A DNA stretch of 63,677 nucleotides, the filler included, from Octopus bimaculoides (taxonomy: Eukaryota): assembly GCF_001194135.2 (NCBI RefSeq). It is 7 parts of 6 records of this genome, joined end to end, with 100 filler letters (N's around TTAATTAATTAA, not from the genome) between each part and the next. Parts side by side here need not be neighbours in the genome. Positions count along the whole stretch, not along the records: positions 16,444 to 29,007 come from NC_068982.1; positions 29,108 to 40,273 come from NC_068986.1; 5 more parts are not named here. One strand, written 5' to 3'. Under the pieces are notes generated by a model. It did not search any database, was not told the DNA's origin, and saw only the letters and a list, made by a program, of their open reading frames with translations. The translations under genes were made by a program, and so were the position numbers. Positions 24,865 to 35,240 of the stretch are shown piece by piece. Each line of letters opens with the position of its first letter. The first letter of the stretch is position 1.

Positions 24865-26445
24865 TCCTTTAAATCTTTAAAAGATCTAGTAGATTTTTAT
24901 AGACCCAGATATCATGATTACGTGTGACATATGAATTAAGGATTTGTATTCTCTCCCCAACAATCCAAGTTCAGCCATACTTTGCTCCAGATGGATTGGT
25001 ATATAACCTGTTGCACTAATAATCTATACTATATATAAAACAGAGATGTGTGTGTAATCGCTTTTCACATGAAATCGGCTTCACCAAATGCTTCCATACT
25101 TGTGATGCATGAATAATTTGACCTCGGATAAATGTTAGGCTCTTCATTTGATTTTTTTAATTAAAAATAAATAATATTGCTTTATATTTAAGATTCACTT
25201 CTTTAAAAAGGTTCCTCAATGTCAACTTCTGGTATTGACGTAACAACGGCAAAAAGCTTCACTCTCTATTTTGTGTGTGAGTGTGTGTTTTTGTGTGTAT
25301 GAGAGAGAGAGAGAGTAAATACTACATACACACTGCTCTCTCACTCTGTCTCACACACATACACACGCACACACACACCCCTTGACTCACTCACACTCTG
25401 TCTCTTACAAACACGCACGCGCGTGCATACACACGCGTGTCTTTGTAAATATGTTTGTATACATTTATGTATGTGTGTGTTTGTAAGAGACAGAGTGTGA
25501 GTGAGTCAAGGGGTGTGTGTGTGCGTGTGTATGTGTGTGAGACAGAGNNNNNNNNNNNNNNNNNNNNNNNNNNNNNNNNNNNNNNNNNNNNNNNNNNNNN
25601 NNNNNNNNNNNNNNNNNNNNNNNNNNNNNNNNNNNNNNNNNNNNNNNNNNNNNNNNNNNNNNNNNNNNNNNNNNNNNNNNNNNNNNNNNNNNNNNNNNNN
25701 NNNNNNNNNNNNNNNNNNNNNNNNNNNNNNNNNNNNNNNNNNNNNNNNNNNNNNNNNNNNNNNNNNNNNNNNNNNNNNNNNNNNNNNNNNNNNNNNNNNN
25801 NNNNNNNNNNNNNNNNNNNNNNNNNNNNNNNNNNNNNNNNNNNNNNNNNNNNNNNNNNNNNNNNNNNNNNNNNNNNNNNNNNNNNNNNNNNNNNNNNNNN
25901 NNNNTTACTCTTGTGAAGATATTCACGTAAATCATTTTATTCATTTAATCCCCATTTTAATTTTCGTAAAAGTTTCCAAGTACCAATGAGGCTTTTTGGC
26001 ACATCTTCAATTTTTCCCATTCATGAGAGGCGTCCAGCCATCATTCATCTGAGAGTCCATCTACAGAATGTCCTCAAATTTCTATACAGCATATTTTGCC
26101 TTTTTTTCTTCAAGTATATAAGCAACAATTTCATTCCCGAGCAACGCCGGGTGCCTCTGCTAGTAATAAATATGAAACTGAAAGTGTCCAGCAGCCGATT
26201 TCCAAAACAGAACATATCTTTTCCTTGTGATCCCATACAACAATATCTGACCAGTTGTGCTTTAACTTGGTGGCTGTTTAAATTATACCAATATTCTTTT
26301 GACCCATCAGTCTCAATATGTTCAACTTTGTCTGTAGGTATTTTCTTTTTTGTTATCTTGTTCCAGCCATTTCTGGCCACCACATGGTGCTTCATGGGAA
26401 GACATTCCCCTGCAGTTGGCGATAATGTGGTTGTTGTCTTAGTCT
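24865..26445 (-). mobile_element. R4/Dong-like (RLE endonuclease) LINE C-terminal remnant, split by a Helitron
   Basis: With frameshifts: HIIANC, LPMKHHVVA, KEYWYN, TATKLKHNWSDIVVWDHKEKICSVLEIGC on the right of the insertion; IISATGYIP...AELGLLGREYKSLI...SGSIKI on the left. Confidence 0.65.
25023..26163 (+). mobile_element. Non-autonomous Helitron (spans an N gap)
   Basis: A|TCTATACTATATATAAAA 5' end; 3' hairpin cccgagcaacgccggg followed by CTAG|T; no TSD; the flanks rejoin into one LINE reading. Confidence 0.7.
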
Positions 26446-26451
26446 TGGTCT

Positions 26452-26635
26452 TGTATGTATGTATGTATGTATGTATGTATGTATTTATGTATGTATGTAT
26501 GTATGTATGTATGTATGTGTGTGTGTGCGTGCATGTATGTGTGTGTGTATGTATGTATGTATGTATGTATGTATGTATGTATGTATGTATGTATGTATGC
26601 ATGTATGTATATATGTATGTATGTATGTATATATA
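26452..26635. repeat. (TATG)n/(TG)n microsatellite
   Basis: Directly visible. Confidence 0.95.
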
Positions 26636-27253
26636 TGGCCATCATTGCCAACTAGCAACAATCAGAAGGAAACCATAAATCATGTAAACTTCATAAGAAA
26701 AATATGTGAACTTCCAGAATAAATGAGAGAAACCAGTAGTTGATTAGTTAAGAGTATACATATTGTTGACTATTCTATTTCTTAAAGTTTGTTGCCAGAG
26801 GCAACAGATAGCATAACATAAAAGAATCTTTCTTCAATGATAAGAGAGTTATCGATGGCATTCTGTGACATGTTTATGCCTAGTAGATAAATTTGGTTCA
26901 AGTTTGCTGTTGCAATTTGTCTTTGTGACGGCACTTTGACATTACATCTGACATTTTGTTTAAAGTATGAGAATGTTTGGCTAATATGTTGGGTTTTCTC
27001 TGAAGTGCATAGTTGCCATTGCCTTGCTCCATTTATGTAGGTCATGTTGTTTTTGAGAAAAGATTTATTGATGTTTAATTGTTCAAACAATTATCCTTTC
27101 ATGTGCCATGTCTGGATATGATTAAGGTATTTCTCTTTTTGTCATTTCTGAATGCATACTTAGATTCGAGGAAGAGATTTTTTTAAATGAGCAAAGGCTT
27201 TATGTCATCCATAGAGCTCTTATTTATATTTTTATTAATACATATCTTCGCAG

Positions 27254-27386
27254 GCCAACTATGACTGGTGTGCTTGATGTCACTGATGCCCAGCCTGCAA
27301 GCAACAGTGATATCAATCACACATCTACAAGAAAACCACGAAGTAGGAGTGAACCACAGTGGCCTGATATAATTGGTTGCAACAAA
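27254..27386 (+). CDS. Candidate 133-nt internal exon, product unidentified
   Basis: tatcttcgcag| acceptor and AAA|gtaagc donor; open frame PTMTGVLDVTDAQPASNSDINHTSTRKPRSRSEPQWPDIIGCNK; unique non-repeat sequence. Confidence 0.45.
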
Positions 27387-27467
27387 GTAAGCTCTACCTA
27401 AGAATTATGTGGTGATGTTAAAGTGGCTATTGCTACTTTATAATTCAGTCAGGTGTTGTTGTAACAG

Positions 27468-27870
27468 GTGGCCGCACCAGGCTCCAGTCTGATCTGGCAA
27501 TGTTTCGACTGGTGGATGCCCTTCCTAACGCCAACCACTCTGAGAGTGTATTGGGTGCCTTTTATGTGCCACTGGCATGGGAGCCAGTCAGGTGGCACTG
27601 GCACTGACCACTTTCAGATGATACTTTTTACATGCTACCAGCATGGGAGGCAGTCAGCAGGCACTGGCATCGACCACATTTGGATGCTGCATTTTACGTG
27701 CCACCAGCACAGAAGCCAGTCAGGCGGCACTGGCCACAGTTATGATTTCGATTTTACTTGACTCAACAGGTCTTCTCAAGCATATCATATCGCATGACAC
27801 GTTAAGGGTACTTTTAAACGGGCTGGTCATGCAACACTGGCATCAACCATAGCTGCGATCTCACTTTACT
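27468..27870 (-). mobile_element. SINE-like family C variant with internal tandem subrepeats
   Basis: gcaccaggctccagtctgatctggc...ggatgcccttcctaacgccaacc, then three ~60-bp gccagtcaggcggcactggc-like units. Confidence 0.8.
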
Positions 27871-27874
27871 TGCA

Positions 27875-28015
27875 GGGTCTTCTCAGTCACAGCATATCTC
27901 CAAAGGTCTCGGTCTCTTGTCATTGCCTCTGTGAGGTCCAATGTTCAAAGGTCATGCTTCACCACCTCATCCTATGTCTTCCAGGGTTTACCTCTTCCAC
28001 AGGTTCCTTCCAGTG
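27875..28015 (-). mobile_element. RTE-clade LINE ORF C-terminal fragment
   Basis: LEGTCGRGKPWKT*DEVVKHDL*TLDLTEAMTRDRDLWRYAVTEKT resembles the RTE C-terminal GRP.KTW...V..DL......A.DR..WR motif. Confidence 0.75.
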
Positions 28016-28046
<31 letters not shown>

Positions 28047-28049
28047 CAT

Positions 28050-28328
28050 TCGAGTGAGGTTGTTGCCAGTGCTGCTGGACTGGCTCCCATGCAGGTGGCA
28101 TGTAAAAAACACCTTTTAGAGTGTGGCCATTGCCAGTACCATGTGACTGGCCCTCATGCCGGTGGCACGTAAAAGCACCCACTACATTCTCGGAGTGGTT
28201 GGCGTCAGGAAGGGCATCCAGCCGTAGAAACTCTGCCAGATCAGATTGGAGCCTGGTGTAGCCTTCTGGCTTGCCAGTCCTCAGTCAAATCGTCCAACCC
28301 ATGCTAGCATGGAAAGCAGACATTAAAC

Positions 28329-28380
<52 letters not shown>

Positions 28381-28381
28381 T

Positions 28382-28430
<49 letters not shown>

Positions 28431-28440
28431 GATGATGATG
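28050..28440 (+). mobile_element. SINE-like family C, sense copy with long (GAT)n tail
   Basis: ggtggcacgtaaaagcaccc...aggaagggcatccagccgtagaaac...catgctagcatggaaagcagacattaaac(gat)n. Confidence 0.85.
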
Positions 28441-28967
28441 ATTGAAACAAAAGGGAGCTAACTCAGGGTGGCCAGTGTGCATGTATTTGAAAAGCAAAGA
28501 TGAATAAGGATATATTCAATAACATGCAAGATGAATTCTTGATTCATTGAAATTATCTCCATTTCCATTGAAGATTGATCAATGGCTTGGTAGCAGTTAA
28601 GACCAACTTCCAAACCTGAAGGGGAGATAATATTTAAGAATCAAGCTTTATCTAAAATTGTCATGCCATTAAAGAAAAGACTCTAATTGTCTGGAAACAA
28701 GAAGATAGCTGTTGACATGTGTTTCTGCCTCAAATGGTGTCATCAACACAGCAATTGCCTCATGTGTTTCTGTAAAGTTTCTGTCAAATGTTTTGCACAG
28801 TCTGATTAAACCTGAAACCATGTGCTTGCAAAGCAAACTACTTAACCATACAACACGAAGTTACATAACCGTGAATTTGTGCATGATTTTGTGTGTGTGT
28901 GTGTGTGTATGCATGTGCTTGTGTGTATGTGTGTGTGTGTGTGAATGTTTATGTGTGATTGTTTGTG

Positions 28968-29007
<40 letters not shown>

Positions 29008-29107
29008 NNNNNNNNNNNNNNNNNNNNNNNNNNNNNNNNNNNNNNNNNNNNTTAATTAATTAANNNNNNNNNNNNNNNNNNNNNNNNNNNNNNNNNNNNN
29101 NNNNNNN
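29008..29107. other. Artificial scaffold joint
   Basis: TTAATTAATTAA at 29052-29063 flanked by 44 N on each side. Confidence 0.97.
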
Positions 29108-29120
29108 TATATATATATGC

Positions 29121-29621
29121 ATTTTTATATATAACGTTGACCACTAACGTGGACAATCAATGTGCTAGAAATAGATCACATCTTGTGTCTACTAAGACCT
29201 AAATTGTTCTCAAAACGGAATTTAGCGGGATACCAAAGCGTAAGCCGGCAAGACATTTAAATTACTTAAAAAATCATTATTGAATAGGTACCGTTTTCAA
29301 AATTAACAATCTTAGCTGTAATTAACAAAACCACATACACGTGTACCTATGAAGGTGGTCAATTTTGTATAGGGTTCTGAGGATTATGGTTACATTACGA
29401 ATAGGCTGAAGAGAAACAGACTGTCGGTATGATTGTTAATTTTGAAACCGGTACCTATTTAATAATGATTTTTTAGGTAATTTAAATGTCTTGCCCGCTT
29501 ACGCTTTGGTATCCCGCTAAATTCCGTTTTGGAAACAATTTAGGTCTTAGTAGACACAAGATGTGATCTATTTCTAGCACATTGATTGTCCACGTTAGTA
29601 GTCAACGTTATATATAAAAAT
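29121..29621. mobile_element. Foldback / long-TIR non-autonomous element (191-bp arms, 119-bp loop)
   Basis: 29121-29311 is the reverse complement of 29431-29621 with about 7 mismatches by eye. Confidence 0.9.
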
Positions 29622-30644
29622 ATACTTTAATCCCCTGAGATTGCAGATATTGTTTCTGAATCTCTTTGATTCTTTAAATGTGCTAGCTTCCTGGTAATTA
29701 ATCGATATTAATTAATATATGATTTTTACCCTATGTTAATATATATATATATATATATATACATATATACCCTTATACATATATACACATACACACACTC
29801 TCCTGCACACACTCTCCTGCACACACTCTCCTGCACACACACATGCACACTCATACAATCGTTGCACATTCACGAACGGAGACACCAACACATACATATA
29901 AGCTAGATTCTATTTTTTCTTTGTTCTTTACTAGGTTAAAAAAACATCAAAAACAAAAAGAATAAAAGAAATACAAAATTTCCCCCAGTTTCTTTCTTCT
30001 TCTTTTTTCCCACTAGGCGGGCGAAAAATATAAGCAAATATTAGATGCTGGTACTTTTCCGTATCTATTCTGCTAGCATCCTGTACGTATGCGTGAACGC
30101 GAGTGTGTATGAACATAGAGACACAGACACACAGACACAAACATAGATACTAGCCACACACACACACACACAGACGCACACACACACACACACACACGCA
30201 CAAATATTGTGTGCGTTTCTGTGGATATGTATATNNNNNNNNNNNNNNNNNNNNNNNNNNNNNNNNNNNNNNNNNNNNNNNNNNNNNNNNNNNNNNNNNN
30301 NNNNNNNNNNNNNNNNNNNNNNNNNNNNNNNNNNNNNNNNNNNNNNNNNNNNNNNNNNNNNNNNNNNNNNNNNNNNNNNNNNNNNNNNNNNNNNNNNNNN
30401 NNNNNNNNNNNNNNNNNNNNNNNNNNNNNNNNNNNNNNNNNNNNNNNNNNNNNNNNNNNNNNNNNNNNNNNNNNNNNNNNNNNNNNNNNNNNNNNNNNNN
30501 NNNNNNNNNNNNNNNNNNNNNNNNNNNNNNNNNNNNNNNNNNNNNNNNNNTATATATATATATATATACATATACATCATACGCACAAGCACAAACTCAC
30601 AAACGCATATACTCACTAGTACATACATAAGTACATGCATACAT

Positions 30645-30693
<49 letters not shown>

Positions 30694-30695
<2 letters not shown>

Positions 30696-31557
30696 CAGGG
30701 TGAGTGGAAAGTAACTAGCCATTGGAAATTGCTTATACAAATTTTAGTATCACTGAAGTCATGAAAATAATTTTTTTAAACTGACAACAATAATGGGGAT
30801 TTCTTATTGTCTTATTGTCTTATTTTCCAGATGGCCGGTTGCTTGACTGTTCAGCACGCTAGGAAGTGTGGAATTCCATTGTTTTGGTTCAGAAATAGTG
30901 GCGTGCATGGAAAGCTAAGCAAGCAACTCTACGCCCGGAGACACTAAAAATTTGTCATGCAAGGATGATGACCACGGGTTCTGTGAACGATGCAAGAAGA
31001 CATGGCCGTCCACCCACATCCCGATTAGCGGAGAACGTGACAACAGTGCAGGAAATGTTTAATCGCATCCCACAAAAATGAACACGTCACAATTCGTGAA
31101 AGTAGACCAACAGGACACTAAATACGTATAGTGTTGCATGAAGAATTGAATTTTCGTCCGTGGAAACCCCCATCACGTGCAGGCGCTAAAACCTGAAGAT
31201 TGTGACCGCATAAGTCCAGAACTCCAAGAAGTAAAGATCTCACTCCGTGTAATTTTTACCTGTGGGGTTACACAAAAGAGGAGGAGTACAAGACAAAACC
31301 TCGCACATTGGAGGACTTGGAGACACGGATTCAAGAGGTTCTAAATGATATCCCAGACGATGCCCTTCAGAAGGTTGTTCATTGCATCCCGGGCCGTTTG
31401 AAGAAACTGATTGATGCGATCGGTGCTTCCGCTGAAATATGATTTACTTTCATTTTCCCATGTAATAAAGAATATGTATCATTTGTTTCAATAAATTTGT
31501 TAAAGGAATATGGATTTCATTACCAATTTTTAATTTCTACTTACTTTTCACCCACCC

Positions 31558-31561
<4 letters not shown>
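30694..31561 (+). mobile_element. Tc1/mariner-superfamily transposon, internally deleted, both TIRs present
   Basis: TA-cagggtgagtggaaagtaac ... cttacttttcacccaccc-TA; coding remnants RHGRP and RSKDLTPCNFYLWGYTKEEEYKTKPRTLEDLETRI. Confidence 0.85.
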
Positions 31562-31649
<88 letters not shown>

Positions 31650-32363
31650 AATATATCTATATCTATATATCTATATCTACATATATATATATATATTATT
31701 CATTCAATAGACTATGTACTCTCGCTAGACCACTGGTGGTAAATAAAATTTCTAAAATTTTCTTTGCTACCCTATAATTTATATATANNNNNNNNNNNNN
31801 NNNNNNNNNNNNNNNNNNNNNNNNNNNNNNNNNNNNNNNNNNNNNNNNNNNNNNNNNNNNNNNNNNNNNNNNNNNNNNNNNNNNNNNNNNNNNNNNNNNN
31901 NNNNNNNNNNNNNNNNNNNNNNNNNNNNNNNNNNNNNNNNNNNNNNNNNNATATATATATGAGAGTTGGTTTTGCGGGTTGAAAATGCACCTGAGGTTTA
32001 AAACGTGTCGCAGTTTTTAAATTTCGTAACAAATTTCTTAAAATACCAAACTGGTTTCGATGATGCTTTGGAGAGATTGAAGGTACAAGGGAAAATTCAG
32101 AAAAAAACATACTTAAAAGAACAAATCTTCATACAAATTCCAATATTCAATAAATTTCACATAGATATCATGATCATGATGATGATGATGATAATGATGA
32201 TGATGATCATGATCATCATCATCGATTAACGCCCGTTTTTCCATGCTGAAATTCACAGAGAGTAATAAAAGTTCGAATATGGAGATGGCTTTAATTTGCA
32301 GCTTTCTGGGGGAAAATACAAGGAGTTGAGTCGAGCCATCTTTTGTAAACCTCTGCTTTGTTG

Positions 32364-32647
32364 TTATTCGTAATCATGTTCCAGGAAGCGAATATTCGAA
32401 TTGTGCAATATTTGGTCCAGATTCGGACATGGGAAAGTAATATTGTAGTTTTCTGCCCCAGGTTCCAGGCTATTTTTTGATTTCAGGAACAGCGAAGCTT
32501 CAAAATATTTGCAGATTTCTTGTAGGGTTTGGCTAATTTCCCTTCTTTGGGCATCTTCTTTCTTCTGGGCATATATCATAAGCAATAATTTCAAATTTGG
32601 GTATACACCTTGTACTAAGCCGTTTAATGTCCGATTACTGTATTCGG
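32364..32647 (-). CDS. Candidate terminal coding exon (93 codons), product unidentified
   Basis: aaaattttttcag| acceptor; only one frame open: EYSNRTLNGLVQGVYPNLKLLLMIYAQKKEDAQRREISQTLQEICKYFEASLFLKSKNSLEPGAENYNITFPCPNLDQILHNSNIRFLEHDYE*; unique, complex sequence. Confidence 0.4.
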
Positions 32648-32783
32648 CTGAAAAAATTTTGAATTAAAAGCAGCTCTAATATTTTCTACTCTAGGCACAA
32701 GGATTTAATTTAATTTAATCTAAATGTTCATATTGAAACTGGTTAAGAGAGTATAACATCCCTTAAAGGATTATAGGTACTTG

Positions 32784-32831
<48 letters not shown>

Positions 32832-32859
32832 TACATATATACATACATACATATATATC

Positions 32860-32921
<62 letters not shown>

Positions 32922-33165
32922 GTATGCATGTATGTATGTCTGTGTGTGTGTCTATGTGTCTGTGTATTTTTATATCTGTATGTACATCCTCCCCATCCAC
33001 AAACACATTAATTGTCGTTATAGTGGAATCCACAATCTAAAGGTGTTCATTATGAGATAATGAAAACAATCGAAAGTGGATAATGAAACTGATAATCCAT
33101 GACACGACAAATTACTATTTCAAGTTGTCAAACAAGTCTCATCAATTGTTTTCGATATATATATA

Positions 33166-33387
33166 TACGAGGGGTGCTGAAAAATCCCTGGCTTTAAGGG
33201 TATCGCGAAAGGCCTAGTTGGATGGCCCAAATCTTCCGAGTTATTTTACAGGGCTTAGAATAAATGAAGAACCGCTGCAATAAGAGTGTGAATCTGAGAG
33301 GGGAATATGTTGAATAAAATCATAATTAACTGATCCTCCTGTATTTTCTTTTACCCAAAGCCAGGAAATTTTAAGCATCCACACGTA
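33166..33387 (+). mobile_element. Mariner-derived MITE
   Basis: TA flanks; TIRs cgaggggtgctgaaaaatccctggcttt / aaagccaggaaattttaagcatccacacg; retains a transposase C-terminus (RCNKSVNLRGEYVE*); second copy at 58647. Confidence 0.8.
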
Positions 33388-33399
33388 TATGTGTGCCTA

Positions 33400-34220
33400 A
33401 GGCGGCGAGCTGGCGGAATCGTTAGCACGCCGGGCAAAATGCTTAGCGACATTTTCTCTTTCCTTTCGCTCTGAGCTCAAATAACGCCGAGGTCGACTTT
33501 GACTTTGATCCTTTCGGAGTCGATAGAATAAGTACCTGTTGAGTACTGGGATCGATGTAATCGACTTACTCCTCTCTTGAACTTGTTAACCGTGTGCCAA
33601 AATTTGAAAAATGTGTGTGTGTGTGTGTGTGTGTGTCCTTTATCCTTAACTTGCGTCAGTCAATGGACTGGTGCCATACTTGGATACCATTTTAAAGGGT
33701 TTTATCCGAATAAATCAATCCCAGTACTAATTGTTTATAATTCTGGTTCTTATTTCATTGGGCTCTTTTGCTTGACCGTTAAGTTATGAGGACACAAATT
33801 AACGCCGGTTATGAAGCAGTAGTGGGGAACATAGACAAACACAAAGATACACACACACACACACACACACACACGCGCGCACGACAGGCTTCTCTCAGTT
33901 TCCGTGTGCCAGATCTACTCACAAGGCTTTGTTGGGCCCGGGTCTATACTAGAAGCCACGCGGAGGTACTAAAACCGGAACCGTTTAGTTGGGAAGCAAA
34001 CTTCTTATTATACAGCCACACCTGCGCCTCTTCCTACATGAATTATAAATTTATATGAAATTAATCGGAATTCAACTTCTATTATGCGGCGAGCTGGCAG
34101 AATCGTTAGCACGCTGGGGGGAAAATGCTTAGCAGTATTTCATCCGTCTTTATGCTCTGAGTTTCAATTCCTCCGAGGTCAACTTTGCCTTTCATCCTCT
34201 CGGGGACGATATAAGAAGAA
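33400..34220. mobile_element. SINE cluster: A (+, 33400-33610), B (-, 33640-34030), A (+, 34085-34220)
   Basis: Family-diagnostic motifs as in the other copies. Confidence 0.75.
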
Positions 34221-34297
34221 TCGGTTAAGCACTGTGGATCTTTCCTCGTCAGAGAACTGACTTGGTTTCGATTGATAACCTCTGCCACATACATAAA

Positions 34298-34405
34298 AAG
34301 GAGTACTGATGTAATGTCCCAGTGAAAACTTCAATAAAATGTAAGCACAGCAGACTTGATATAATGATTTGGGATAGAGAAGAGAAACTGTGAACAATTG
34401 TGGAA
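34298..34405 (+). mobile_element. R4/Dong-like LINE endonuclease fragment
   Basis: KEY*CNVPVKTSIKCKHSRLDIMIWDREEKL*TIVE, homologous to the motif at 26200-26300 (H.RPDI..WD). Confidence 0.65.
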
Positions 34406-34435
34406 ACCTTTCATATTCCACCAAACAGATAGCAA

Positions 34436-34560
34436 AATCATACGTGAGGGAAGACCTTCTGTTGCCTTGGGTGCCGGTGTTTCTCTTTTCCTTACCCACT
34501 GTCTTCGGCGCTTGACATTTTTGTAGAGAACCCATTTCTCATCACCATGGCATTAATTTT
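34436..34560 (-). mobile_element. Mariner transposase fragment
   Basis: GDEKWVLYKNVKRRRQW...P motif. Confidence 0.75.
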
Positions 34561-34819
34561 TGTGTTTAAAATGCCACGTGTCTTCTGTGGGTAGTAAGAT
34601 AATTTGGTTAAATTATTTGTAATGGCTGAGATCAGACATCTAGATAAAAAAAAAAGAAAAAAGTCGTTAGAAGTAATTTGAAAGGAAAAAGACAAAATGA
34701 AACGTACAGCAAAAATATTCGATACCATAGTTTCAGTTACTTGATAAACAATAGTTATATAATAGACATAATAGTTATTTGATAGATGCATCAGAGAGAC
34801 ACAATAGTTACTTGATACA

Positions 34820-35240
34820 AAGGCGACGAGCTGGCAGAAACGTTAGCACGTCGGGCAAAATGCTTAGCGGTATTTCGTCTGTCTTTACCTTCTGAGTTCT
34901 AAGTCCGTCGAGGTCGACTTTGCTTTTCATCCTTTCGGGGTCGATTAAATAATTACCAGTTACGCACTGGGGTCGATGTAATCGACTTAATCCGTTTGTC
35001 TGTCCTTGTTTGTCCCCTCTGTGTGTAGTCCCTTTTGGGCAATAAAGAAATAAGAAACGTTAGCACATCGGGCAAAATGCTTAGCGGTATTTCGGCTGTC
35101 TTTACCTTCTGAGTTCAAATTCCGCCGAGGTCGACTTTGCCTTTCATCCTTTCGGGGTCGATAAATTAAGTACCAATTGCGTACTAGAGTCGATCTAATC
35201 GATTGGCCACTTCCTCAAAAATTTCGGGCCTTGTGCCTAT
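34820..35240 (+). mobile_element. SINE A head-to-tail dimer
   Basis: Unit 1 ends ...tttgtcccctctgtgtgtagtcc...aataaagaaataa; unit 2 starts gaaacgttagcac; the same junction occurs at 59090-59360 (-). Confidence 0.85.

Noticed and set aside
28669-28811. Minus-strand exon LIRLCKTFDRNFTETHEAIAVLMTPFEAETH
   Set aside because: The apparent acceptor and first codons align with a degenerate SINE B head (catggtttcaggtttaatc ... gacagaaact).
34490-34652. Minus-strand exon with strong splice sites
   Set aside because: Another frame gives the mariner GDEKWVLY motif, so it is transposon-derived.
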